Below are positions 1-11,376 of a stretch of 64,000 nucleotides of DNA, piece after piece. The first letter of the stretch is position 1, and each line of letters begins with the position of its first letter. The notes under the pieces were generated by a model that saw only the letters and a program-made list of their open reading frames with translations, was not told where the DNA came from and did not search any database. The translations under genes and the position numbers were made by a program. The DNA is taken from NCBI GenBank assembly GCA_045596445.1, contig JAZOCK010000066.1, positions 6,729 to 70,728 of the forward strand. The letters run 5' to 3'. Source of the DNA: Congzhengia sp. (lineage in GTDB: Bacteria; Bacillota; Clostridia; UBA1381; UBA9506).

Positions 1-359
1 AAGCCCAAAAGAAAGATAAGTGATACGGGTTGGGTTTGATGTATGAATTTAACCTCTTCTTTTATGATATTATAATATGTATCGTAGGATAATTTCCCAC
101 CTGAAAATACAGTTTTTTCAGGATTTGCATAAACTGCTCCCGCTACAAAAATTTTGTCTTTCGAAGCACTTACTGTTTCTTTAAATGCTTTTTCTTTCTC
201 TTTTTCTCCGTTAAATAAATATGTCGGTGCAACCAATATATTGGCACCTGCTTCTGCTTGTTGACTGAAAACATCATAAATATCTGCATCTTTATCGAAA
301 ATGAAAGCAGGAAGCAACACATTCGATTTTATAATCTGTTTAAATTGATTTTTATTTAT
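1..359 (-). CDS. Partial ORF running off the left edge; divergent homocysteine S-methyltransferase-like N-terminal domain (tentative)
   Basis: Open frame INKNQFKQIIK...QAEAGANILVAPTYLF...FVAGAV...GGKLSYDTYY. GGAGG RBS at 372-368 but only ATA/ATC in frame as start. TTTACA-17-TAAAAT promoter upstream. Family call from recalled motif resemblance (AGAxILxxxT). Confidence 0.5.
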   Translation of the reverse strand, partial: MNKNQFKQIIKSNVLLPAFIFDKDADIYDVFSQQAEAGANILVAPTYLFNGEKEKEKAFKETVSASKDKIFVAGAVYANPEKTVFSGGKLSYDTYYNIIKEEVKFIHQTQPVSLIFLLG

Positions 360-445
360 GATTTTCGCCTCCCATTGAGCTTTTTAATACTTTTATATTT
401 TACTACATAATTTTAAAATTGTAAAGGTTTCTAGATAAATTTAAC

Positions 446-476
446 ATAAAAAAAGAAACTGTTAAACAGTTTCTTT
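446..476 (-). terminator. Intrinsic terminator overlapping the thioesterase stop codon
   Basis: AAAGAAACTGT-TAA-ACAGTTTCTTT inverted repeat (452-476) followed by a T run on the minus strand. Confidence 0.6.
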
Positions 477-932
477 CCTGAAATTTATTCTTCTTATTTT
501 TCTTTTTAATGCTCGCTCATATTCCAGATGATCTTCGTCAGTTTCTAACACCAACTTAGGCACTAATGTTGGCTTATCATTCTCATCCAAAGCTACCATA
601 ACTATATAAGCAGTATTTATCAGCTTTTTATCGCCATTTAATTCCTCTACAAATGTATCAACTCTAATTTCCATAGATGTTTTTCCGGCATAGGTAATTT
701 TGCCGGATACAATAAGGGTGTCGTTAGCGTATGCCGGCTCTTTGAATTCCAGCATATCAACAACTGCAGTTGTAACGTTACATTCAGAGTGGCGTCTGGC
801 AACTACTGCAGCAACTATATCAATCCACTCCATCAACTGTCCGCCAAAGAGTCTTGAATATCCGTTAAGATTTGCTTGTGTCAAGATTTGCACTTGCTCT
901 GCATAAGAATCCGAAACTCTTTTTTCTTTCAT
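462..932 (-). CDS. Acyl-CoA thioesterase (hotdog fold, YciA-like)
   Basis: NGYSRLFGGQLMEWID, VTTAVVD and GKTSMEIRV motifs; 156 aa. Confidence 0.9.
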   Translation of the reverse strand: MKEKRVSDSYAEQVQILTQANLNGYSRLFGGQLMEWIDIVAAVVARRHSECNVTTAVVDMLEFKEPAYANDTLIVSGKITYAGKTSMEIRVDTFVEELNGDKKLINTAYIVMVALDENDKPTLVPKLVLETDEDHLEYERALKRKIRRINFRKETV

Positions 933-939
933 AAATACC

Positions 940-1743
940 TCAATCTAAAAATAAACTCATATATACGTCAGTATCTTTTTCAGAAAAACCATAAATCATA
1001 GGCTTAACAACACCGTGTAAAGTGCTTTTGCTTGACAGTAAAAATATCAGCCTTTTTTTATTAAAGTGTGACTTAATGCTTTCACTTATCTCTATAACCT
1101 CATCATCTGTTGCGTTGGTTTCTTTAACAAATATGCGATTGTCATCAACATTTAAAACCATATATATGCTTTTTTCTTGTAAAGTAATTTTCTTTACAAT
1201 TTCGCCGTTTAAAAAAATGTATTCAAGTGCCTTTTTATCCCATTTAACAGAATTTGAATGCGAAGTGTTTTGCATTTTATAAAACTCATCAAACGTCAAG
1301 TCCTCTAAAATATATTTTTTACCCGAAGTAAAATCAGAGGCGTCAATTTCCTTTAAATAATACATTTCATTTAAGCCTATGCGTTGATAGAATAGCGATA
1401 ATTTCTCGTTTGCAGGATGCAGTCCAAACAAAACATCATTTTTTTGAGCATATTCCTTTATGTTATTAAGCATATATTCACAGATTTTATTTCCTCTGAA
1501 TTCAGGAAAAACACCTATGGCGTACCCATACATAAATCTCTTGTTGTTAAGTGTACGATTGAGAATATATACAACCCCTGCTACTCTTCCGCCAACTTCT
1601 GCAATCAGTGTGTTGCGGGCTTCAAACATATTATCAAAAAACACATCTATATATCGCATTCTGTCGCCAAAACATATCTGCCAGAGGTTTTTAAGCGTCG
1701 GTATATCTTTTTCTGTTGCCTGTCTTAATTTAATGCTTAACAT
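940..1743 (-). CDS. GNAT family N-acetyltransferase (Eis-like N-terminal domain)
   Basis: LWQICFGD and acetyl-CoA motif GVFPEFRGNKI...FYQRIG. Confidence 0.8.
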   Translation of the reverse strand: MLSIKLRQATEKDIPTLKNLWQICFGDRMRYIDVFFDNMFEARNTLIAEVGGRVAGVVYILNRTLNNKRFMYGYAIGVFPEFRGNKICEYMLNNIKEYAQKNDVLFGLHPANEKLSLFYQRIGLNEMYYLKEIDASDFTSGKKYILEDLTFDEFYKMQNTSHSNSVKWDKKALEYIFLNGEIVKKITLQEKSIYMVLNVDDNRIFVKETNATDDEVIEISESIKSHFNKKRLIFLLSSKSTLHGVVKPMIYGFSEKDTDVYMSLFLD

Positions 1744-1744
1744 A

Positions 1745-3127
1745 TTATTTCATTCCATAAAAAGCCTTATATGCTTTATAAGTCATATAAATATCAAATT
1801 TTGACGCAATTTCTAACGGTGCGTGCATTGACAAAAGTGCCGTACCACAATCGATAACATCCACATCAAGATTTGCAACGTATTGTGCTATTGTGCCACC
1901 GCCACCCTGGTCTACCTTACCAAGCTCTCCCATTTGCCAAATTACGTCATTCTCATTAAAGCACCTGCGGATTTTTGAAACAAACTCAGCATTAGCGTCC
2001 GATGTGTCATACTTTCCCCTTGAACCTGTATACTTAGATACGTTTACACCATAACCTATATATGCTGCATTTAAGCCATCGTTAACCTCAGGGAAATTCG
2101 GGTCAAACGCAGTTGTAACATCAGCTGAAATACAATATGAGTTTCTAAATACAGTCATTTTAATCAACTCATTATATTCTGGTTTAACTTTTGAAATTAA
2201 TGTAGCAGTTGCATACTCAAACGCTGCACCTTTCATACCTGTATTGCCCATTGAGCCAATTTCTTCTTTGTCAACTAAAACGCAAGCAATTGTTCTTTCG
2301 GGATTATTAGTTTCACACATTGCCATTAATGCAGAATATGAACATACTCTATCATCATGTGCATACGCACCAATTAAGCTTCTGTCAATACCAACATCAC
2401 GTGATTTAAAGGAAGGAACCGCTTCGATTTCAGCACTTTGGAAATCTTCTTCGCATATACCATACTTTTCATTTAAAATTTTAATTACTGAGTTTTTAAA
2501 TTTGTCCTTTTCAGTATCTGCAGCAATACTCCCAAGTATAATATTTAAATTTTCACCATCAATACATTCGCCCATTTTTTTCTGCACTTGGTCTTTTGCA
2601 AGATGTGGTGCTAAATCACTTATATAAAAAACAGGGTCAGTTTCGTTTTCTCCAATGTTTATTTCAACAGAAGTTCCATCTTTTTTATAAACAACGCCAA
2701 TTAGTGACAACGGAATTGTTATCCATTGGTATTTTCTTAAACCGCCGTAGTAGTGTGTTTTAAAAAGAGCTAAATCATTCGATTCATATAGAGGATTTGC
2801 TTTAATGTCAATACGCGGTGCATCTAAATGTGCTATGATGAAGTTTATACCTGATGTTATATCCTCTTTACCGATTACAGCAAAATAAACCGACTTGTTT
2901 CTGTTAATTAAGTAAACCTTGTCGCCTTCTTTTAAAGTATCCTTACTGTTGATATCCTCAAACCCGTATTTTTTTGCGATTTCAACCGCATTTTTTACAG
3001 CCAGGCGTTCTGTTTTGCTCTTGTCGATAAAAGTCTTATATTTCTCACAAAAATCAAACAAATCCTCTTTTTGAGCGTCTGTTATAGTTTCCCAACCATT
3101 TTTATTTTCTTTGAGTAAAATTGACAT
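1745..3127 (-). CDS. M18 family aminopeptidase (aminopeptidase I/ApeA type)
   Basis: AHLDAPRID, THYYGGLRKYQW, DDRVCSY, DKEEIGS, GGGGTIA and SMHAP motifs; start moved to ATG 3127 behind GGAGA. Confidence 0.9.
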   Translation of the reverse strand: MSILLKENKNGWETITDAQKEDLFDFCEKYKTFIDKSKTERLAVKNAVEIAKKYGFEDINSKDTLKEGDKVYLINRNKSVYFAVIGKEDITSGINFIIAHLDAPRIDIKANPLYESNDLALFKTHYYGGLRKYQWITIPLSLIGVVYKKDGTSVEINIGENETDPVFYISDLAPHLAKDQVQKKMGECIDGENLNIILGSIAADTEKDKFKNSVIKILNEKYGICEEDFQSAEIEAVPSFKSRDVGIDRSLIGAYAHDDRVCSYSALMAMCETNNPERTIACVLVDKEEIGSMGNTGMKGAAFEYATATLISKVKPEYNELIKMTVFRNSYCISADVTTAFDPNFPEVNDGLNAAYIGYGVNVSKYTGSRGKYDTSDANAEFVSKIRRCFNENDVIWQMGELGKVDQGGGGTIAQYVANLDVDVIDCGTALLSMHAPLEIASKFDIYMTYKAYKAFYGMK

Positions 3128-3143
3128 AGCGTTTCTCCATTTA

Positions 3144-4271
3144 CTAATTTTTCTTATCAAATATTCCTTTTGATTTTCCTTTTGTATTAGTCATTCCCGC
3201 AAATTCCCTTAATAATTCCTTTTGCTTATTGGTTAGATGCTTAGGAACTGTAATATTAACCATAACATACTGGTCACCACGACCTGATCTTTTAAGATAT
3301 GGTATACCTTTTCCTTTAAATCTAAAAACTGTTCCTGGCTGTGTGCCTTCAGGTATTTCGTACTTAACTTTGCCGTCAAGTGTCGGAACCTCAACAGTTG
3401 CACCAAGAGTTGCTTCTGCAAAGCTTATATCCATTTTATAAGAAATGTCGTATCCATTTCTTTCAAAAATTTGACTTCGTTTTACGTAAACGGATACATA
3501 TAAATCTCCATTCGGTGCACCCTGTTCTCCTGCGTTTCCCTGATTGCTCAAGGAAATTGTTTGTCCGTCGTTGATACCTGCAGGGATTTTAACTTTTATT
3601 TTTCTGCTTTTTTTGATTCTGCCCTTTCCTGCACATTTAAGACAGGGTTCTTTAGCTACTTTACCCTTGCCGCCGCAGGCAGAACAAGTTGTAACCGATT
3701 GCATATTTCCTAAAATTGTGCGTTGTGTAGTTGTCACTTGACCGCGACCGCCACAAACGGAGCAAGTTGTAACCTCAGTTCCAGGTTTTGCCCCTGAAGC
3801 ATTACAATCAGGACACTGCTCTATTCTATAAATGCTTATTTCCTTTTCACAACCAAATGCAGCCTCTTCAAAAGAAATTGTTACCTCAGTAGAAACATTT
3901 GAGCCTCTTTGTGGTCCTCGACGTGTACTGCGACTTCCGCCAAAACCACCAAAACCACCAAAAATATCCCCAAATATATCTCCCATATCAAAGCCGCCGA
4001 AACCGCCTCCGTAACCTCCAGCACCGCCTGCACCAAAGTTGGGGTCAACACCTGCGTGACCAAATTGGTCATACCTTGCACGTTTTTCCTTATCAGATAA
4101 TATTTCGTAGGCTTCACTTACCTCTTTAAATTTTTGCTCTGCTGTATTGTCATTCGGATTTAAATCCGGATGGTACTTTTTTGCGAGCTTTCTGTATGCT
4201 TTTTTTATTTCGTCGTCAGATGCACCTTTTGCTACACCTAAGACCTCGTAAAAATCTCGCTTGTCTGCCAT
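3144..4271 (-). CDS. dnaJ: Chaperone DnaJ
   Basis: J domain with HPD, G/F-rich region, four CxxCxxxG repeats. Confidence 0.98.
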   Translation of the reverse strand: MADKRDFYEVLGVAKGASDDEIKKAYRKLAKKYHPDLNPNDNTAEQKFKEVSEAYEILSDKEKRARYDQFGHAGVDPNFGAGGAGGYGGGFGGFDMGDIFGDIFGGFGGFGGSRSTRRGPQRGSNVSTEVTISFEEAAFGCEKEISIYRIEQCPDCNASGAKPGTEVTTCSVCGGRGQVTTTQRTILGNMQSVTTCSACGGKGKVAKEPCLKCAGKGRIKKSRKIKVKIPAGINDGQTISLSNQGNAGEQGAPNGDLYVSVYVKRSQIFERNGYDISYKMDISFAEATLGATVEVPTLDGKVKYEIPEGTQPGTVFRFKGKGIPYLKRSGRGDQYVMVNITVPKHLTNKQKELLREFAGMTNTKGKSKGIFDKKN

Positions 4272-4297
4272 AAATTTCACCCTTTATAAACTATCGC

Positions 4298-4323
4298 AAA
4301 CCCATAGCTTATGCTATGGGTTT
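4298..4323 (-). terminator. Stem-loop between dnaK and dnaJ (partial terminator or mRNA stabiliser)
   Basis: AAACCCATAGC-TTAT-GCTATGGGTTT, 11-bp perfect stem. Confidence 0.65.
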
Positions 4324-4341
4324 TGATGATATTAAAATAAA

Positions 4342-6180
<1,839 letters not shown>

Positions 6181-6211
6181 CTAATATATAAGAAATATTT
6201 GTTAACTAAAA

Positions 6212-6757
6212 TTAGTTTGCTACCTTTACCATTGAATATCTTATAACTTTATCTTTGTATTTATAACCCTTCATAAATTGTTCTACAATCATATTTGCCC
6301 CTGCCTCACTATCCTCTATGTGCATTACGGCATTGTGCAAATTAGGGTCAAATTCTTTTCCTACGGCTTCGATTTCAGAAACTCCCATCTTATCAAAAAT
6401 TTCAAGTAATTGTCTTAAAACCATTTCGACACCATCAGAAAATGTATTTTTTTCTTCTTCCTTTATGCTTTCTATTGCACGTTCTAAATTATCTATTACG
6501 GGCAAAAGCTTTTCAATCGTATCAGATGCAGCAAAGCCGAATAATTCTTCTTTTTCTTTTTGTGTTCTTTTCTTGAAATTGTCATACTCGGCCATAAGTC
6601 TTAAATGTTTATCATAAAGCTCGTCGTATTTATCCTTTTCAATTGTTTCTACAGGCTCTGCTTCTTCAGTTTCCTCTGTTTTTAGATTTTCTGTTGTTTC
6701 TTCAACAACCTCTTCATTAAGATTTTCTTTATTTTCATCAATATTTTTTTTAGCCAA
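6212..6757 (-). CDS. grpE: Nucleotide exchange factor GrpE
   Basis: AEYDNFKKR, FDPNLHNAV, KGY...VIRYSMVKV; TTG start; position between hrcA and dnaK. Confidence 0.97.
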   Translation of the reverse strand: MAKKNIDENKENLNEEVVEETTENLKTEETEEAEPVETIEKDKYDELYDKHLRLMAEYDNFKKRTQKEKEELFGFAASDTIEKLLPVIDNLERAIESIKEEEKNTFSDGVEMVLRQLLEIFDKMGVSEIEAVGKEFDPNLHNAVMHIEDSEAGANMIVEQFMKGYKYKDKVIRYSMVKVAN

Positions 6758-6759
6758 TC

Positions 6760-7821
6760 TTATCGACCTCCGTTGTCGTCAAAATACATTTCTTCAAGCA
6801 GTTTTTCTAAGTATTTTGATATTTGATTTATATTTGCCACCACCTTTGAGTAATTCATACGTGTAGGACCAATAATTCCTATTTTGCCCACAGTGCGATT
6901 ACCTAGTCGATAGTTCGCAGTTACCAAGCTTGAATTTTGCATAATATCCATATCATTTTCTTTGCCGATTTTGATATTAATAACTCTGCCATCATCATCA
7001 TTTGAATTTTCAATAACTTGTTTTACTGATGTTTTATCGTCTAAAAATTCAATGAATTTTTTGGCTCTGTCTATATCCCGATACTCAGGGAAATTAAAAA
7101 TATTAGATACTCCGCTTAAATAAACATCGGTTTCCTTTTGAATATCATCAATAATTTCAGAGATAAACTCTATAATCGGAAAAAGAAGCTCGCCATTTTC
7201 TCCTAAAACTGTTTTTATTTCATTGATTTCCTTAACGCCTATCTCGTCAAGGGATAATCCTGAAAGCTTTGATTTCAAAATTGTTGATATCTCAGGAATA
7301 TAGGATTTATCTATGCCCTTTGGAATAATTACACGTTTGTTTTTCATTATTCCTTCGTTTGTTACCAAAACTATAAGGATAGAATTGTCGTCAATAGATA
7401 TAAGTTCTATTGTTTTTATTGCACCGTGTTTCATTTCCGGTGTCATTAAAAAGGCTGTGTAATTAGTCATTTGCGAGAGCAACTTTGATACTTCTTTTAT
7501 AGCTTTATCAAACTGACCGATTTTAACCTTCATTGCAACCGCAAGCATATCAATATCTTGTTGAGTTGCCTCATACCCTCCCATAAGCTCGTTAACATAA
7601 AACCTGTAACCTTTATCAGATGGTATTCTACCTGCAGAGGTATGAGGTTGTTCTAAATAACCCATATCCTCCAAATCTGCCATCTCATTTCTTATGGTGG
7701 CACTTGAAAGACCTAAATCTGCATGCTTTGCAATATGACGGGAACCAATAGGTTCAGCCGAAGAGATGTATTCGTTTATAATAGTATTAAGAATTTTACG
7801 CTTTCTTTCGTTAAGTTCCAT
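6760..7821 (-). CDS. hrcA: Heat-inducible transcription repressor HrcA
   Basis: SSATIRNEMADLE, PHTSAGRIPSDKGYR, IGPTRMNY. Confidence 0.98.
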   Translation of the reverse strand: MELNERKRKILNTIINEYISSAEPIGSRHIAKHADLGLSSATIRNEMADLEDMGYLEQPHTSAGRIPSDKGYRFYVNELMGGYEATQQDIDMLAVAMKVKIGQFDKAIKEVSKLLSQMTNYTAFLMTPEMKHGAIKTIELISIDDNSILIVLVTNEGIMKNKRVIIPKGIDKSYIPEISTILKSKLSGLSLDEIGVKEINEIKTVLGENGELLFPIIEFISEIIDDIQKETDVYLSGVSNIFNFPEYRDIDRAKKFIEFLDDKTSVKQVIENSNDDDGRVINIKIGKENDMDIMQNSSLVTANYRLGNRTVGKIGIIGPTRMNYSKVVANINQISKYLEKLLEEMYFDDNGGR

Positions 7822-7836
7822 ACCTTCACCTCGTTA

Positions 7837-7863
7837 TTAGCACTCGTTATCTTTGAGTGCTAA
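7837..7863. promoter_or_regulatory. CIRCE element (HrcA operator)
   Basis: Exact TTAGCACTC-N9-GAGTGCTAA upstream of hrcA. Confidence 0.98.
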
Positions 7864-7867
7864 TATA

Positions 7868-7896
7868 AAAATAGCACTTTCCATTAAGAATGTCAA
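7868..7896 (-). promoter_or_regulatory. SigA promoter of the hrcA-grpE-dnaK-dnaJ operon
   Basis: TTGACA-17 nt-TATTTT with TG extended -10 on the minus strand, immediately before the CIRCE. Confidence 0.75.
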
Positions 7897-7925
7897 GTGC
7901 TAAATTGTGAACTTTTTATTAAGTT

Positions 7926-8945
7926 TTATTTTGTTGCAAAATCTGCTATAAATCTCTGTAAAATTACAGACTTATTGCAACGCTTTAATTTAAAAATCTC
8001 GTCTGTTTCAACACATTTGCTTAAAAGATTTTTTAAATCATCTGTCTTATGCTTAGAGCTTATAGTTATATATTTACTAATGATAAATGGAGCTATTTTT
8101 GTTTTCGAGGCTATTGCTTCCCGGTTAATTTTATCATCACACATAAGCTTAACTGTTAACAGCTTTTCGACATTAGATGATATAGCACCTAAAATTTTGC
8201 TTTCCTCTTCCTTTAAAACCAAGAGGTCATTTAGCATTTTAAGTGCATCTGTAACATTTTTAGAAAGTAATGCATCTACCATATCAAATACCCTGTTTTC
8301 CACCACAGGTACTGTAACATCGTTAATATCTTGACGCGTTATTGTTGTTTTTCCCTCTGTATATGCCGATATTTTTTCCGCCTCGCGTTTGATTGAGGTC
8401 ATACCGTCTTGTGTTATTTCTATTAAGTACTTTGCATCTTGAGCAGTTATAGTTTTTCCCATTGTTTTAAAAAGACCTACTGTCCAGTTTATCATTTTTT
8501 CTTCTGAAAGATAAGAAAATTCAACAATAGCATTTCTTTTTAAAAGTTTTTTATACAACCCGCTTCTTTTATCTACTGTATATTCATCAAATACTATATA
8601 GACATTTTCAGGAATATTGTCAATTAATTCATCCCAGAATTCCCTATATTCTTTTGTTGCAGCATCCTTGCCGTTTATTTGAAACAGTCCACTATTATAA
8701 AAAAGGAGGAGCTTTTTGTCCGAAAAAACAGGCAGAGCATCTATTGCCTCTTTTACAGACGCCAAATCATACTTCCTTCCTTCGTAGACAAATACATTAA
8801 ATTCTGGCATCTCTTTAGGTTCTATTCTCGATAACAACTCATTTTTGCCGTAGTTTTTTAAAAACGTTTCTTCTCCAAAAAGCACAAATATATTGTTTTC
8901 GATATGCTCGTTTTTTACATATTTTTTAAATTCGTCATAATTCAT
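7926..8945 (-). CDS. holA: DNA polymerase III delta subunit
   Basis: LFGEETFL, LPVFSDKKL, ENRVFDMVDAL; follows comEC as usual. Confidence 0.92.
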   Translation of the reverse strand: MNYDEFKKYVKNEHIENNIFVLFGEETFLKNYGKNELLSRIEPKEMPEFNVFVYEGRKYDLASVKEAIDALPVFSDKKLLLFYNSGLFQINGKDAATKEYREFWDELIDNIPENVYIVFDEYTVDKRSGLYKKLLKRNAIVEFSYLSEEKMINWTVGLFKTMGKTITAQDAKYLIEITQDGMTSIKREAEKISAYTEGKTTITRQDINDVTVPVVENRVFDMVDALLSKNVTDALKMLNDLLVLKEEESKILGAISSNVEKLLTVKLMCDDKINREAIASKTKIAPFIISKYITISSKHKTDDLKNLLSKCVETDEIFKLKRCNKSVILQRFIADFATK

Positions 8946-8962
8946 ATACTATCTGCACTCCT

Positions 8963-11362
8963 TTAATTGTAATATACCACGCCTTTTATCGCTTCTGAGT
9001 CAAAATAAAAGGTCACATCCCTATGAATATCTGCTCTGTAGACATCTGTTCCGTTATCTTTTAAATTTGTAATAGCCTCATTCGTTGGATGTCCATAGGT
9101 GTTATTTCCCACGGGAATGTATGCATACTTCGGATTTACCTCGTTGATAAATTCTTTGCAGTTTGAATATTTAGAGCCGTGATGTGCAACCTTTAGAACA
9201 TCTGCACTAAGTCTGTCGGGGTATTTTTTGATTAAATATTTTTCAATACTTGAGTCTATATCCCCTGTAAACATAAATGAACTTTCGCCGTAATCAATTC
9301 TTGCAACAATTCCCATATTATTATCCTCTTTTGAGTATTTGCTCTGTTCTCCGTCTGGTGATAAAGCTGTAATTTTAATATATTCATTGACCTCTAATAC
9401 ATCACCTGCCGTAAAGCATGTAATTTTTATTCCTTTTTCATTCGCCTTTTTTACAATACTTCTTCCATCATCTGTATCTATCTGCCTGTAGGGGATTATG
9501 ATATTTTCAATTTTGATAATGTCCATCAGGTCTGTAAGACCAATAATATGGTCTGAGTGCATATGGGACACCAGAACATACTCTATGTCTGTTACCCCGT
9601 TCTTTATCAGATATGGTGCTATAATATATTTACCCGTATTTTTACTGTGGGAATATCCTCCTGCATCTAAAAGAATATCGCAATCTCCGGGTGCTTTAAA
9701 AAGTGCACAATCTCCTTGCCCTACATTTATAAAAGAAACGCTTGCTGTATTGTAGTTAATACATGTATTTATCAAACAAAATACAGAAAGTATTGTTATC
9801 GAAAGAATTCCTACAAGATATTTAAATTTGTTTTTTCTAATTGCGTAGTATAGCGTAAATATTATTAAAGCATACATTAAAATTAAAAAGGGTGATATTT
9901 TGCCAAAAAGAATTTTTGAAAACGAAAATCCACCTAAAAAATCTGAGATAGCAAGCATAGTTTTTGCCAATAAAAATATAAATCCTCCTACGGGTAATGC
10001 AATCGAACTGCTTATAAAGCTTAATATTATAAATAAAATTCCACCTGCAAGTAGAAAATTCAAAAATGGTGTTACCAGCATAGTTGACAAAAGTGACATT
10101 ATGGAGAAACCGTTAAAAATGTATACCAATAGCGGTGTTACAAATATTTGTGCAGAAAGTCCTACTGCTATTGAATCACAAATGTTTCGTGATACTTTGT
10201 AAATTACAGTTTTTGTGTCTTTGTTCATATAAATCTTTGCAAAAAAATCAGAAATAGGCTTATAAAAAACAAGTATTCCAGCAGTAGCTGCAAAGGACAA
10301 CATAAACGACACGCTAAAAATTACACACGGATTAAAAAGGCACAAGAACACCGCAGCTAAAGATAATGTCGTAATAGGGTCTGATTTTCTGTATATAAGC
10401 TTTGCAATAAATGAAAAAACGCATAATATTCCCGCTCTCAAAGCTGATACGGATGCACCGGTAAAGAAAACAAAGAATATTGCACCTATTGAACAAAAAA
10501 GCATTTCGTTTCTTTTTGACACATTAAACAATTTCAAAAGTGATGCAATCAGCGAAACAAATACAGAAACGTGTAAACCCGAAACTGACAGCACGTGCGA
10601 CAGACCGCTGTTAGAAAAAGACGTAGAGATTTCTTCTGAAATTGTTGATTTATCTCCTGTAATAAATGCTTTTAAAATCGAGCCTTCCTCACTTGGAAAA
10701 CTTTCATCAAAAAAGCTGATGCACTTCTTCCTGAATGTCGTCCACGTTAGTAAAACAGGACGATTAATACGTTCGCATAACTCAATATCTGCATTTTCAA
10801 CACTGCACTGAAAGAAAATCCCACTTGATTTTAAATGGTTGGCATAATTGAAGCCTCCGTTGTTCATTGTTTCACTAGGAAGTGTTATTTTGCACTTGGA
10901 TTTTATTGTGTCACCAATTTTCAAAGCTTTAATTATGTCATCATTTTCTTTTTCGTTGTATTTTAAAAATTTAACCTTTTCGTTGATGTTAATAAGCTCG
11001 TTGTTATAATCTATGTAAATTATATTAGCTATAAATGAAATATTTTCTTTAGAAACTATAGGTTCTTCTAAAACCTCTGCCTTAAAACATACTGTTTTGC
11101 CTATGTAATCATTAAGCTTTTTTCCTGAAACGGAGTTTTCTAAATCAAATAAGGTGCCACCAGATAAAAACATTAACACACAAAGCAACAACAAAATTGT
11201 TCTTTTTGTTTTTATCTTACGTATAAGCATCAAAGACAAAACGAACAGCAAAGCAAGTGATACATACAATACACTTATAAAGTTAAAAACAGAAAGGACA
11301 TACATTCCAAGAACAAAAGACACACATATGCACATCAATGGTCTCTTAATCAACAAAATCAT
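8963..11362 (-). CDS. comEC: DNA internalization competence protein ComEC/Rec2
   Basis: GLSHVLSVSGLH, FINVGQGD, SHMHSDH and LKVAHHGS motifs; many TM segments. Confidence 0.95.
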   Translation of the reverse strand: MILLIKRPLMCICVSFVLGMYVLSVFNFISVLYVSLALLFVLSLMLIRKIKTKRTILLLLCVLMFLSGGTLFDLENSVSGKKLNDYIGKTVCFKAEVLEEPIVSKENISFIANIIYIDYNNELININEKVKFLKYNEKENDDIIKALKIGDTIKSKCKITLPSETMNNGGFNYANHLKSSGIFFQCSVENADIELCERINRPVLLTWTTFRKKCISFFDESFPSEEGSILKAFITGDKSTISEEISTSFSNSGLSHVLSVSGLHVSVFVSLIASLLKLFNVSKRNEMLFCSIGAIFFVFFTGASVSALRAGILCVFSFIAKLIYRKSDPITTLSLAAVFLCLFNPCVIFSVSFMLSFAATAGILVFYKPISDFFAKIYMNKDTKTVIYKVSRNICDSIAVGLSAQIFVTPLLVYIFNGFSIMSLLSTMLVTPFLNFLLAGGILFIILSFISSSIALPVGGFIFLLAKTMLAISDFLGGFSFSKILFGKISPFLILMYALIIFTLYYAIRKNKFKYLVGILSITILSVFCLINTCINYNTASVSFINVGQGDCALFKAPGDCDILLDAGGYSHSKNTGKYIIAPYLIKNGVTDIEYVLVSHMHSDHIIGLTDLMDIIKIENIIIPYRQIDTDDGRSIVKKANEKGIKITCFTAGDVLEVNEYIKITALSPDGEQSKYSKEDNNMGIVARIDYGESSFMFTGDIDSSIEKYLIKKYPDRLSADVLKVAHHGSKYSNCKEFINEVNPKYAYIPVGNNTYGHPTNEAITNLKDNGTDVYRADIHRDVTFYFDSEAIKGVVYYN

Positions 11363-11376
11363 ATCCTTTCTGTGAT

